Origin: an uncultured delta proteobacterium
GTDB taxonomy: Bacteria; Desulfobacterota; Desulfomonilia; UBA1062
Reading direction: 5' to 3'
Assembly: GCA_963785235.1 (NCBI GenBank)
Contig: CAWAUM010000001.1
Coordinates: 768,001 to 832,000, forward strand
Length of the DNA: 64,000 nt
Shown: piece after piece, positions 33,738-44,142 of the stretch
Position numbering within the stretch: the first letter of the stretch is position 1
How the letters are laid out: every line of letters begins with the position of its first letter
Notes under the pieces: model-generated
Database searches by the model: none
Told to the model about the DNA's origin: nothing
Seen by the model: the letters and a program-made list of their open reading frames with translations, nothing else
Made by a program: the position numbers and the translations under genes

Positions 33738-34961
33738 ATGAGAGATGTTGTTGTCATCGGAGCCGGGCTTCATCGTTACGGGATGTTTCCTGATAAAACC
33801 ACTGTTGATATGGGCATGGAGGCGATTTCCCTGGCGCTCAACGATGCGGGCATGGCCTGGAAAGACATTGAGGCCGCTTACTGCGGCACGGTGCAGCCCG
33901 GTGCATCCGGGGGGCATGCCATCTGCAATACAATGGGATATACGGGCCTGGGCATTACCATTGTGGAAAATGCGTCCGCCAGTGGATCATCCGCATTCAG
34001 GGAGGCGTACCTGTCCGTCGCCTCCGGAGAAAATGATATCGTGCTTGCCTTCGGCATCGATAAACTCGGCTCGCAGCTCCTGGCGCCACCGCCGCCGCAG
34101 CCGAAGCCAGAAAACGCGGCGCAGCCCGAGACCAAACAGCCGCAGCCGAAGCCGGAAAATGTGGCGCCGCCCGAGCCCAAACAGTCTCAGCCGGAGCCGG
34201 AAAATGACGAAAGGGTGGATTCGAAGTTCAAAAAGGTACTGCCGGTCCAATACTTTGCAGATCTGGCCCAGCACTACATGAAAGAATACGGCGTCACGCG
34301 CCAACAGCTGGGCCAGGTTTCAGTCAAGAGCCATTTCAACGCCAGCCTGAATCCCTATGCGCACTTTCAGAAGCCATGCACACTGGAGCAGGCCAATAAT
34401 GCCCGCATGGTGGTAGATCCCCTGACGGTGCTGCACTGCTGCCCTATGGATGACGGGGCTGCAGCGGTCATCGTCTGCGCAAAGGAAACAGCAAAAAGAT
34501 ATACCGACAAACTGTGTCCGACTGTCGCCGCATCTGTCAACAAAAGTACGCCCCCAGATGGCGATTTCTTTGTCACCCTGACCAGGCTGGCCTCCCGGGA
34601 AGCCTATAAAAAGGCCGGCATCACTCCGGAAGACCTGGATCTCATCGAACTGCACGACGCCTTCACCATCGAAGAGATAATCTATCTGGAAGCGCTTGGC
34701 TTATGTGAAACGGGGCAGGGGGGGAAGCTGGTTGAAGAAGGCGTGACGGCCATTACCGGGAAGCATCCCATCAATACGAGCGGCGGCCTGATTTCCATGG
34801 GGCATCCTGTCGGGCCCACGGGTATCGGCCAGGTGGCCGAGATCCTCTGGCAGATGCGCCGTCAGTGCGGCAAACGGCAGATCCCAAAGCCTGTCAATTA
34901 TGCCCTGGCCCAGATGGTCGGCGCGGGCGGTGTCTGTGTTGTTCACGTGTTCAAAAAGTGA
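33738..34961 (+). CDS. SCP2-type thiolase-like protein (Ser at the usual catalytic Cys position)
   Basis: VENASASGSSA, DDGAAA, ELHDAF, SGGLISMGHPVGPTG. Confidence 0.88.
   Translation: MRDVVVIGAGLHRYGMFPDKTTVDMGMEAISLALNDAGMAWKDIEAAYCGTVQPGASGGHAICNTMGYTGLGITIVENASASGSSAFREAYLSVASGENDIVLAFGIDKLGSQLLAPPPPQPKPENAAQPETKQPQPKPENVAPPEPKQSQPEPENDERVDSKFKKVLPVQYFADLAQHYMKEYGVTRQQLGQVSVKSHFNASLNPYAHFQKPCTLEQANNARMVVDPLTVLHCCPMDDGAAAVIVCAKETAKRYTDKLCPTVAASVNKSTPPDGDFFVTLTRLASREAYKKAGITPEDLDLIELHDAFTIEEIIYLEALGLCETGQGGKLVEEGVTAITGKHPINTSGGLISMGHPVGPTGIGQVAEILWQMRRQCGKRQIPKPVNYALAQMVGAGGVCVVHVFKK
34095..34205 (+). repeat. 45-bp coding tandem repeat (about 2.5 copies, PQPKPEN...)
   Basis: CCGCAGCCGAAGCC units at 34095 and 34140, degenerate third unit at 34185. 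Confidence 0.8.
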
Positions 34962-35083
34962 ATTGAATGAATTGGGGACGGGTTCTCATTTTTTATATGG
35001 TACTTCATCAGATTGCACTATTTGATAAACGTTGGGACAGTAGTGATCTCTCATAAATAGTCCCTTCCACCATTTATCCCGAT

Positions 35084-36106
35084 TCAGCTGACAGGCCATG
35101 GCATTTCACCCAGGGCCATACGGCACAGGTCGGTAATAAATATTTTCGGCAGACCGGCCTTTGAGGTCTCGCCCTGCATCACCGTATCGCACATGGGGCA
35201 GATCGTTATCAGGGCCTCGGCATGGTTATCGAGGGCGTCCTTGATATTGTCGTTCTGGATCTTCATGGCGAGATCTTGGTTTACGAAGAGAGCCGGACCT
35301 CCGCAGCACAGGGCATCTACGCCCTCATATTTTCTTGAAACACACTCCACACCTATAAGCCCGAAGATTTCATTCAGCCAGACATCCTGCTGTGGCAACC
35401 ACCTGACCGCACAGTTGGGCTGGTAGGCAACCCTCTTGTTAAGCATGGTGACAGCGTTCTGATTGTCCATAAGATAGTCACGCATATGTTCGAACAGGTG
35501 CATGTACCTGTAGGGCACGTCAATGCCGAGCTCCCTGGCTTTGAGGTGAGCCAGGATATATCCTTCATTATGAACGTAAACGATATCTTTTCCCAGTTCG
35601 GCAAATGAATCGATAACGTTGCGGCCATATCTCCCCGCAAGGCTCTCTCCGCCCATATGGGCCATGCCGACCAGGGAAGCAAACTTTCTCCCCCGAACCA
35701 CGGTCATGCCCTTGAACATCGGGCTTCCAAGGGTGCCTTCCGGGAACTGGGTGAACGGGAAGGAGTCAAAGGACAGTGCTGGCTTGTCAGGGTCCCCTTC
35801 GATCACCTGGACATCCCTGCTGCCGTGCTCGAACGCCTTTATCACTGCATCAATAAAAGGTTTGAAGCTCACTGCAACAGGACTCCCGAACTTCTCCTGC
35901 ATCTTGTAGATGAGATTGGCCGGATCTGCCCCGGAGGGGCAGTATTGAAAGCATGCATTGCAGGTGATGCATTTGTCCAGTATATCGGCCGCCTTTGACT
36001 CCATGAGGAGTTTCATCTCGCGTACGGACTTGTCACGATCGTAATCGACATAACGGCACTTCACCAGGCAATCGCCGCAGAGATCACACTTTGAGGCATC
36101 CCACAT
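35084..36106 (-). CDS. Fe-S binding protein, 2x[4Fe-4S] + CCG domain (HdrD-like)
   Basis: CDLCGDCLVKC, CITCNACFQYC, YQPNC, LCCGG, CPMC. Confidence 0.85.
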   Translation of the reverse strand: MWDASKCDLCGDCLVKCRYVDYDRDKSVREMKLLMESKAADILDKCITCNACFQYCPSGADPANLIYKMQEKFGSPVAVSFKPFIDAVIKAFEHGSRDVQVIEGDPDKPALSFDSFPFTQFPEGTLGSPMFKGMTVVRGRKFASLVGMAHMGGESLAGRYGRNVIDSFAELGKDIVYVHNEGYILAHLKARELGIDVPYRYMHLFEHMRDYLMDNQNAVTMLNKRVAYQPNCAVRWLPQQDVWLNEIFGLIGVECVSRKYEGVDALCCGGPALFVNQDLAMKIQNDNIKDALDNHAEALITICPMCDTVMQGETSKAGLPKIFITDLCRMALGEMPWPVS

Positions 36107-36199
36107 TTTATCACCTCCCTTTATGTCTCTTCAGATCAAGCAAGTCCTTAAAAGAAAAAGGGGACTGATAAAGCCATGACGTCCCTCATCATAAGCACT

Positions 36200-36535
36200 T
36201 CAGGTGAAGATCTGATGGAGGACAAAGCTTATTACTGAAAAGACAATGCTGAAAAGCATGGCCCACCAGATATTCACCACTAAAAAACCGGTTACGATGG
36301 CGCTTGTCAGGAGCACGAGCAAACCGTTCAGGACAAGGATGAAGAGCCCCAGTGTGATAATGGTGAAAGGAAAGGTCAGCACAACCAGGATGGGCCGCAG
36401 TACGGCATTGATGAGCCCGAGCACCAGGGCTGTCACCAGTGCTGTCCCGAAGCTCTGGATCGAAACTCCGGGCAGCAGGTAGGCAGTGATCATGATCGAC
36501 GCCGTCATCAGAAGCCACTTGATAAGTATCTTCAT
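36200..36535 (-). CDS. YvlD / 4-TM phage-holin-family membrane protein
   Basis: LINAVLRPIL...P.TIITLGLF.LVLNG. Confidence 0.88.
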   Translation of the reverse strand: MKILIKWLLMTASIMITAYLLPGVSIQSFGTALVTALVLGLINAVLRPILVVLTFPFTIITLGLFILVLNGLLVLLTSAIVTGFLVVNIWWAMLFSIVFSVISFVLHQIFT

Positions 36536-36589
36536 GGAAACCTCCAATTACGCTTTAAGGGAAAAAGGAAGCAGGTTTTTTCAAAAATA

Positions 36590-37279
36590 TCATTTGAGTT
36601 CGATCCATGTTGCCTTTGCTTTGGCGCAAAGCCCGTCTGATTCGGAGAACACCGCAGTGCCCGCATGATATTTTCTGCCGTCCTGAGCAATTCTCCAGCC
36701 GATCACGATACATGGCACATCTTCTTTTATATCATTGAGGATAGCTACGGCAAGCTTTCCAAGGACAATGGTCCTGGGTATATCCCTCATGGCAGCAAAG
36801 GCGCCGGGGCAGTCGAGAGCCGCCCAGATGAATTCATGCCTTACCAATCCATGGCGATCGCTCAGATCGGCGTAAGGTATCCATGGTGTTGCAACCATCC
36901 GGCCGCCCGGCACCGGACCGGGGAAAATTCTCATTCCATCCCCTACGGCACGCTCGGGGCCACAGACGAAGCAGCGTGGAAAGGGGTGGTGCTTGAATCC
37001 CAGATAGTCTTTCGATGCGCTCTGTGCCTCGGCATAGGCAGGTGGTGTTGGGACTTCCAGTTCAAGGGCCACCTTACGGGCTTCAGCCACGAGCGTACCA
37101 CCATCCATAAGGGTGACATGATCATCGCCCATGATGTTGACCTCAAGAGGGCTCTCAAGAGGAGGAGGTATCCGGAGAGTGACCTCTGCAGGGCCTTGTA
37201 TGAAGCTCCCGAGCAGGCCGCACACATAACCGCCCTGTCCTGACGTTGAAGGCCCGCAGTACCTGTTTCCAATGAGCAT
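36590..37279 (-). CDS. Hotdog-fold (thioesterase-like) protein
   Basis: CGP..SGQGGY, HPFPRCFVCG, WAALDCPG, GRKYHAGTA. Confidence 0.7.
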   Translation of the reverse strand: MLIGNRYCGPSTSGQGGYVCGLLGSFIQGPAEVTLRIPPPLESPLEVNIMGDDHVTLMDGGTLVAEARKVALELEVPTPPAYAEAQSASKDYLGFKHHPFPRCFVCGPERAVGDGMRIFPGPVPGGRMVATPWIPYADLSDRHGLVRHEFIWAALDCPGAFAAMRDIPRTIVLGKLAVAILNDIKEDVPCIVIGWRIAQDGRKYHAGTAVFSESDGLCAKAKATWIELK

Positions 37280-37459
37280 GATTCCTCCTTAATATATTCA
37301 TTATAACCTACGATTTATTTTTTCACCACGTATTGACTCTGAAATACTTCGAGAACCCGGATTGCCGGATATATTCAAAGACATCCGTATGGTTTTCATT
37401 GGAGAAGCCCGCATTATCCTGTTATGTAATTGGTCCTATCAATAATGCAGGAGAAGATC

Positions 37460-37930
37460 ATGGACACGACGGAAGAGCGTAGCAAACATTTGGAAATGAT
37501 AAGGGAGCTTGCGAACAGCTCTCCCTTTTATCGTCATGTGCAGATGCAGGTAACCGGGTTCACCCAGCAGGGATGCATCATGAACATGGTCGTAGAGCAC
37601 CAGCATACAAACCTCTTCGGCAACACTCACGGCGGGGCTGTTGCATCACTGGCTGACTCCGCGTGCGGAGTATCGCTTGCCGTGGCACTCGAAGGTAATG
37701 AATATGCCGTGACCCAGCACCTTGATGTGAGTTACCTCAAACCCTCCACCAAAGGAATATTACGTGCTGAAGGGAGATTGCTCTCGCGCGGCAAGAATTC
37801 AGCAGTACTTGAAGCGGACATATTCAATGAATCGGGCGAGAAGGTTGCCCATGCCCATACTATCCACAGTATACGCAGGAGGCCGGGCGGATTCATTCAA
37901 GAGGACGCAGAAGATATGAATAAGAAATAG
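37460..37930 (+). CDS. PaaI-family thioesterase
   Basis: N..GNTHGGAVASLADSACG, VSYLKP. Confidence 0.88.
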   Translation: MDTTEERSKHLEMIRELANSSPFYRHVQMQVTGFTQQGCIMNMVVEHQHTNLFGNTHGGAVASLADSACGVSLAVALEGNEYAVTQHLDVSYLKPSTKGILRAEGRLLSRGKNSAVLEADIFNESGEKVAHAHTIHSIRRRPGGFIQEDAEDMNKK

Positions 37931-38042
37931 TAAGGTAGGGACCATTTTTCAAGAACCACGAATCTGGTGGTGCTGCCCTTGAAAGATGCTTCGGGCGAAG
38001 GCCACCTTCATTGTTACGGCAATTCATGCTAAGGTCTTTTCC

Positions 38043-38624
38043 ATGAGCATTAAAGCAAAGGGCACCCGGGGGCGGGACAAATCCGTTTCAAGGGATTTCA
38101 TCGAGGAATGCGCCATTGCCCTGTTTCAATCCAAAGGTGTGGAGAAGACATCGATCAGTGAGATTGTGGCAAAGACCGGAATCGCAAAGGGTACGTTTTA
38201 TCTTTATTTCAAGGATAAGGATGACCTTGTGGATGCCGTCATCAGCCGGCATACAAAAGAATTTCTGGATCAGGTCATCATCCCCTTTCAGAATGTACCC
38301 AGGATTATCATCCTCGCAGATGCAATCATCAGCTATTTCGCCCAAAACCCGATGCTGCTCATCGAGCTCAGGAAGAACCTCTTCAGCGACAAGCCGTTCC
38401 CCTCCACCCGGGAAACCGTCAAAGGCTTTTCCGAAATAATCCTTGCCTACCTGAACCAGTACGAAGACTACAAGGTCAGCAATTGGGAGGTATACACCAA
38501 GGTCGTTCTGGGGATGATTCTGGATGTCTGCCACAAGGCCCTGATCGAAGAGAAATTCACTTCTGCAGAAGAGACAAGTAACATGCTGAGTGATCTCCTG
38601 AAGCGCTTCTTCAGCTGCGACTGA
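38043..38624 (+). CDS. TetR-family regulator
   Basis: LFQSKG..TSISEIV...GIAKGTFYLYFKDKDDL. Confidence 0.93.
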   Translation: MSIKAKGTRGRDKSVSRDFIEECAIALFQSKGVEKTSISEIVAKTGIAKGTFYLYFKDKDDLVDAVISRHTKEFLDQVIIPFQNVPRIIILADAIISYFAQNPMLLIELRKNLFSDKPFPSTRETVKGFSEIILAYLNQYEDYKVSNWEVYTKVVLGMILDVCHKALIEEKFTSAEETSNMLSDLLKRFFSCD

Positions 38625-38632
38625 TTTACCTC

Positions 38633-38661
38633 TTGCATTTAATGACCTGCGGTCATAAAAT
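38633..38661 (+). promoter_or_regulatory. sigma70 promoter with overlapping TetR-type operator
   Basis: TTGCAT-17-TAAAAT with palindrome ATGACC-TGC-GGTCAT (38642-38656) in the spacer. Confidence 0.65.
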
Positions 38662-38746
38662 GACTTCATGCCTTCCACAAAACAAACATGGAGTTATTCT
38701 ATAACGAAAATAAGGACCGCCAATCTTTATGAAGAGGAGATAAAGG

Positions 38747-40715
38747 ATGAAAGCGACTTGGGATATACCAGAGGAAATGCTGGATAACACGGACCGGTTC
38801 ACCAATGATTTTTACAAGCGCTTTACCCTTCGCAAGGCGCCGCAGCCGCTCACGGATGAATGAAAGCCTGACAAAGGATTATCTGTTCCCCACCTTCTAC
38901 GGAGATGTGAGCTGTGCCGTAGCCGTGTTCATGTGTTCCTATGAAAAGGCGGCCGCCCTCATTGCCGAGCAGCTGAGCCCTCAGATAGTGCCGGTGAGGA
39001 TGACCAGGGGCCGCGCACTGGTGGCCTTTTCCTGCTACGAGTATAAGAACGTCATGGGCGTACGGCCATACAATGAGATCGCCATTGCAATACCGGTGAT
39101 GGTCGACCCGTGCTGCAACGTCCCTGTTCTGCCCATGATCACCGACAAATTCAGCCGTTTCGGCTATTATATCGCAGGTATGCCCGTCACCTCGAAAGAG
39201 AACACCATCAGGGGCCGCACGATCTGGGGCCTGCCCAAGGTGACCCAGGACATCGACATATACCGTGAAGACGGCAGCTGCATCGTCAAGGCCATGGACA
39301 GCAGCGGGGAGGCATATCTGTCTGTGCGTATCCCCATGGACGGCACCCCCACCGAATTCGATGTCTCGTCATACCTGTATTCACAGCAGGGAGGAAGACT
39401 GCTGCAGAACCGGACGGATTTCCGGGCCACATTCAATGTGAAAAAGAACATGCAGCTCCTCTTCAAAAAGGGTGTAAAGCCGGAACGTCCCTGCATTGAG
39501 CTGGGCGACACCTCCTTTGCCCCCATGCTGAAGAGGCTCGAAATAGAAGAGACCCCCTTCCAGACCCGCTACGGCGAGCATATGTCGGCCTGCTTCGACC
39601 TGCCCAATGCCCTGGCGCCCGAATGGGTACAGACCGTTCCCGTAAGCAGCTACAAGCTCGATGATGAAGCCAGCATGAAGTTGTCGGGCAATGACCTGAA
39701 GATGGCCTTTTTCGGGACAGGGGCCGTAGGGGCATCGGTGGGAGGCTGGGTGGCCCCCTTCCACAGGGAAACCTATTTTCTCGACCAGGGGAAGATCGCC
39801 GATGCCCTGAAGACAAGCGGCATAACGCTCTATCAGGGGGATAAAAAAGACAAGACCATGACAACCGTTCCGGTCAAGGTCATGGAAGATCTCTCCGAGC
39901 TGAAGTCCATGGATGTCATCGTCATCGGCGTAAAGAATTATAGCCTCGAAGCCATTGCCCGATTGATCAAGGCCAATGCAAAAGAAGATGTGATCATCGT
40001 GTCCATGGCCAATGGAATCGATAATCAGCAGATCCTTCCCAAATATTTTTCCCGGGTGATCTACTGCATCGTCAGTTACAATGCCTGGATGGATCATCCG
40101 GTTACGGTGGGCTATCAGAAGAAGGGGCCGCTCGTTCTCGGAACACCGGATAACAGTCTGCGCACGGAGATGAACACCATTGCCGATATCTTCAACCAGG
40201 GTGTCGAAACCGTGATCACCGAGCATCTCCAGGATGCAGTGCATTCAAAGATCGTGGTGAACCTCACCAATTCCGTCACGACCCTGGTGGGGCACGGCTT
40301 CAAGGAGATATCCGACCTGGACACCTTCCAGCGGCTTCTGACGAATACGCTCTATGAAGGCGTCCGGGTGGTGAAGGCTGCCGGCTACAAAGAGTGCAAG
40401 CTGGGCGGGATGCCGCCGTGGTCTCTGTTGACAGCTGGTGCTATTCTTCCCCGGCCTCTTACCCGGCCCCTGTTCAAGAAGAATGTGGCCAAAATGGTCA
40501 TGTCCAGCATGAGCCAGGACATCATCCAGCGCGGCGGTACGAGCTCGGAGCTGGATTCCCTGACCGGGTACATCCTCAAGCTTGCCAGGCAGAACAAGGT
40601 GCATGCTCCCTTCAACGAGACCATCTACGAACTCGGGAAAGAACGGTTCAACAAGCCCGGCTTTATTGCCATGGATGTCAAAGAGGTGTGGGCAGAGGTG
40701 CAAAAAAAGCTCTGA
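38747..40715 (+). CDS. Acetoacetate-decarboxylase-family domain fused to a ketopantoate-reductase (PanE/ApbA)-like domain; probable indel near 38853
   Basis: GAGGAG RBS then MKATWDIP... shifting into MNESLTK; PYNE and IWGLPK (ADC); GTGAVG, VKNY, NGI, K..VN, SSMSQD..E (PanE). Confidence 0.78.
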
Positions 40716-40760
40716 CGAATTTATACTGTGGTGCATTACGCGCCAACTTGATACTCAATG

Positions 40761-42389
40761 TTATGTTCTGATCACCATGCCAGCCCTCTGATTGGCTGTC
40801 ATTAATCCTTGACTGACCACGTTTTTTCCGTTGATGAACACATTGCGTATGCCTGCAGGACGACCTGAAGGCCTGATGCCGTCGGGCGGGGTATCGGAGA
40901 TGACTGCAGGGTCGAAGATTACTATGTCTGCGGCCATGCCCGGGGCGATCTCCCCCCTGTCCCTTATGTTGAAGCGTTGGGCGCTCTGTGAGGTGGAGCG
41001 TCGGACGGCCTGTTCAAGGGTGAAGAGCTTCCGGTCTCGGGCAAGGGGGCCCAGGATGCGCGGGAAAGCTCCCATGGCTGATGGGTTGGGATAACCCTTG
41101 TCCTTTATGACTGCATCAGTCTCGAAAAGGCACAGCTCATGCGAGAGAACCCTTTCGATGACATCCTCCCTGCCCGGCTCGCCGCTGTAGGCATGAAATA
41201 GCACGAGCGTTCCGCCGCCGCTCTTCTCACAAAGTCGGAGCAGGGTGTTAAAGGGGCTCATGCCCCATTTCCTCGCGATCTCGGTGATGCGCAGGCCGTT
41301 AAGGTCGTCACAGCCGGGGACAGCAGCATCCATAACCTGAAAATCGTGGTACATGAATCCCACGAGTCTGAATCCCGCTTCCAGTTCGAGACGGAGTCTC
41401 AGCTTCAGCCACGGATTGCGGTATGCCTCAGCCCCCCTCTTCAGGAACCAGTGGGGTAGAACGACCGTGATGGTGGTGTTGCCGCATGTGTAGGGAAAGG
41501 CGTCGAACATGACATCAACACCATCGTTCCGGGCTTGCTCAACCATGCTGATGGCCCTGTCCGCGGACCAGAAGCTATTCCTTCCCACGAAGATGAAGTG
41601 CGAAATCTGCAGTCTTGCGCCGGTCTTCCGGGCCACATCCAGCATCTCAGCCAGGGCTTTGAGGTTATGAGGCCTGAGGGTGGTTATGGGATAGGTCGGG
41701 GATAATGCGCTCAGTGCCTTCAGATGAACGGTGACGGGCTTGCCCTTTTCCTTGGTGACCCGTGTAAAGGCTTCTATCTCATCGAGAGGTGAATACATGC
41801 CCGGTTCATATCCAAGACCGAAGCTCAGTCCGCAGGCCCCTTGGTCAAGCGATTTTGAGAGCAGGTCCAGGCACCATGCTAGCTCGTTTTCTTTCATCCT
41901 GCCCCGCAAAGTGTCAGCAGCCGCAAACCTGATGGAGGCATGGCCGGCGAGCTCGGCTATGTTGAGACATGGGCCGATCTCCTCCAGGCGCGACAGGAAG
42001 GCGTCCATGGTCTCCCACGTGAATTCCGGGACCCGCACCAGAAGCGGCGTGAACTGCCCGAATCGGAAAAAGTCCTTTTCCTTGTAAGGGGCCGGCGAGA
42101 AGCCGCAATTACCGGCCACGATCGTCGTGATGCCCTGTTCGATGAGGCATTTCAGGAGGTCAGGATTTTCCTCAAGGCAGAGCAGCCAGTCCGAATGGGA
42201 ATGCATATCGATGAATCCGGGGCAGACGATACATCCTTGAGCGTCTACCACTGTTGAAGCCAGCGGTGGCTCTGTGCTGCCGGGGATCACTTCGCTGATC
42301 TTGCCGTCCTCGATGAGCACATGACCCGTGAAGCGCTCCCTTCCAGTCCCGTCAATGATGGTTCCATTTTCCAACAGTATGGTGCCCAT
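40761..42389 (-). CDS. N-acyl-D-amino-acid deacylase family amidohydrolase
   Basis: IIDGTG, PGFIDMHSHSD, GNCG, GAFPRIL, DRGEIAPGMAADIVIFDP. Confidence 0.9.
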   Translation of the reverse strand: MGTILLENGTIIDGTGRERFTGHVLIEDGKISEVIPGSTEPPLASTVVDAQGCIVCPGFIDMHSHSDWLLCLEENPDLLKCLIEQGITTIVAGNCGFSPAPYKEKDFFRFGQFTPLLVRVPEFTWETMDAFLSRLEEIGPCLNIAELAGHASIRFAAADTLRGRMKENELAWCLDLLSKSLDQGACGLSFGLGYEPGMYSPLDEIEAFTRVTKEKGKPVTVHLKALSALSPTYPITTLRPHNLKALAEMLDVARKTGARLQISHFIFVGRNSFWSADRAISMVEQARNDGVDVMFDAFPYTCGNTTITVVLPHWFLKRGAEAYRNPWLKLRLRLELEAGFRLVGFMYHDFQVMDAAVPGCDDLNGLRITEIARKWGMSPFNTLLRLCEKSGGGTLVLFHAYSGEPGREDVIERVLSHELCLFETDAVIKDKGYPNPSAMGAFPRILGPLARDRKLFTLEQAVRRSTSQSAQRFNIRDRGEIAPGMAADIVIFDPAVISDTPPDGIRPSGRPAGIRNVFINGKNVVSQGLMTANQRAGMVIRT

Positions 42390-42638
42390 ACACTCCTCTC
42401 TATTCTACAACAATCCAGGATGACAAAGGAAAATGACCCTTACTTGGATATATAATTAACAGGAATGGAAAGGAGGGTCCACAGAAATTGGTGCTTTGAA
42501 AAGGCCTTAAAACCCAAGATCTTGGATGAAACATATGCAGTGCAGTAAAACCCTTCACCCCGGACCAGGTCCTCCGGTGACTTGATTCTCTCAAAGTTGA
42601 TCCTTCTCTTTTTTACCAAGTTCCCCTATCTCTTCGGT

Positions 42639-44009
42639 TCAGGCTCCACCCTTATATTTCATCAATGCTTTGGCCATGTGTATAGCACCCTCGATGCTGT
42701 GGGCAACCGGGACATTATTCATTTCAAAACCCTCGATGAGGATTCTGTATTTATCCAGCCTGGGAAGATAGGCAATAAGCGGTATATTCGATCTTCTCGG
42801 AACTGAACTGAGGATGGCGCCAAGGTCCTGGGACATGCCGGGGGCATACGGCAGGATGAGGATAATAATGCAGTCGATATCTTTGACCAGGGACATGGTA
42901 ATGGCAGCTGACGCGATGTCCTGATCCACGGCACTGCCTGTCAGGTCCACCGGGTTTATGCATGAAGCGATAGACTTGATGCTTGGCGATAGTCCCTGAC
43001 GGATTGCCTCCTGGTCTACCTCCTGCAGTGTGGGTACCGTAAGGCCCAGCTCCATACACATATCAGTCGCCAATGCGCCATGGCCACCGCTGATTGTAAT
43101 AATACCGACACGGCCTTTGATGGATACTTGGTATGCGCTTAAGGATTGACTGAAGTAGACAAGCTCCAGCATGTTTCTGGCTTCTACAAGACCGTATTGC
43201 GCAAGTACTGAAGAAAACACGGTGTAATCTCCTGCCAGGGATGCGGTGTGACTGGATATGGCGCGACTGCCTCCGGGTGACTTGCCGGATTTGAGGACAA
43301 TCACCGGTTTGCCTATTTTTTGAGCCTTTTCCATAAACTCCCGGCCTTCATCAGCACCAAAACCTTCAACATAAAACGAAATCACCTTGGTATCCGGCTT
43401 TCCGGCAAGGTAGTCCAAGAGATCTGTTTCCTTGATGAAGGCCTTATTGCCTATACTTATGCCGAGCGACATTCCTATGCCTTCGGATGAAAAACGGATC
43501 ATCTGATCGACGAGTACACCACCACTCTGGCTGATTAAAGCAACATTTCCTTTTTTGGGTGTATCGATCCGTTCCGAAGGCAGGAAAAAAGTATCCATGC
43601 GCGATGCCGAGTAAATGCCCAGACAGTTAGGGCCGATAAAAGGGAATCCGGCCTCTTTGGCAATGGCTACAATCCGGTCCTGAAGATCAACCCTGCCGAT
43701 TTCAGCAAAGCCTCCGGAGATGATGGCAGCACCCTTAACCCCGGCTTTAATGCATTCTTCCATGATGGAGGGAACCCTTTCCGCCTGGGCGGCAATGATC
43801 GCCAGATCGATTTGTTCAGGAATATCCTTGATGCTTGAATATGCTGGTATGCCCTTAAGGAGCCCGGCGTGGGGGTTCACCCCGTAGGCCTTCACGGGAT
43901 AGCGCAGATGGTTTTTATAGTAAATGATGTTCGCGGGATTGAGATTATTTGTAAGGGAAACGCCTATGACTGCTATACTTTTTGGTTCAAACAGGGGTTT
44001 GAGATCCAT
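42639..44009 (-). CDS. ADP-forming acyl-CoA synthetase alpha subunit (CoA-binding protein)
   Basis: LFEPKSIAVIG, ISGGFAE, IGPNCLG, SQSGG, SHTASLAG, NPVDLTG; no ATP-grasp domain. Confidence 0.88.
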   Translation of the reverse strand: MDLKPLFEPKSIAVIGVSLTNNLNPANIIYYKNHLRYPVKAYGVNPHAGLLKGIPAYSSIKDIPEQIDLAIIAAQAERVPSIMEECIKAGVKGAAIISGGFAEIGRVDLQDRIVAIAKEAGFPFIGPNCLGIYSASRMDTFFLPSERIDTPKKGNVALISQSGGVLVDQMIRFSSEGIGMSLGISIGNKAFIKETDLLDYLAGKPDTKVISFYVEGFGADEGREFMEKAQKIGKPVIVLKSGKSPGGSRAISSHTASLAGDYTVFSSVLAQYGLVEARNMLELVYFSQSLSAYQVSIKGRVGIITISGGHGALATDMCMELGLTVPTLQEVDQEAIRQGLSPSIKSIASCINPVDLTGSAVDQDIASAAITMSLVKDIDCIIILILPYAPGMSQDLGAILSSVPRRSNIPLIAYLPRLDKYRILIEGFEMNNVPVAHSIEGAIHMAKALMKYKGGA

Positions 44010-44142
44010 GAAGCCTCCTCTGATGTTGACATAACCCTTATTATATAATGTGGACCTTGCCAGAGAACAATGTTGGATGACACGGTAACGGAAAAAAACT
44101 TATGAGGTGAAATGGATTCATGTAAAAAATCTACCCCAAACT

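Noticed and set aside
36200-36535. Holin as evidence of a prophage
   Set aside because: YvlD-type proteins are commonly chromosomal, and no other phage genes are present
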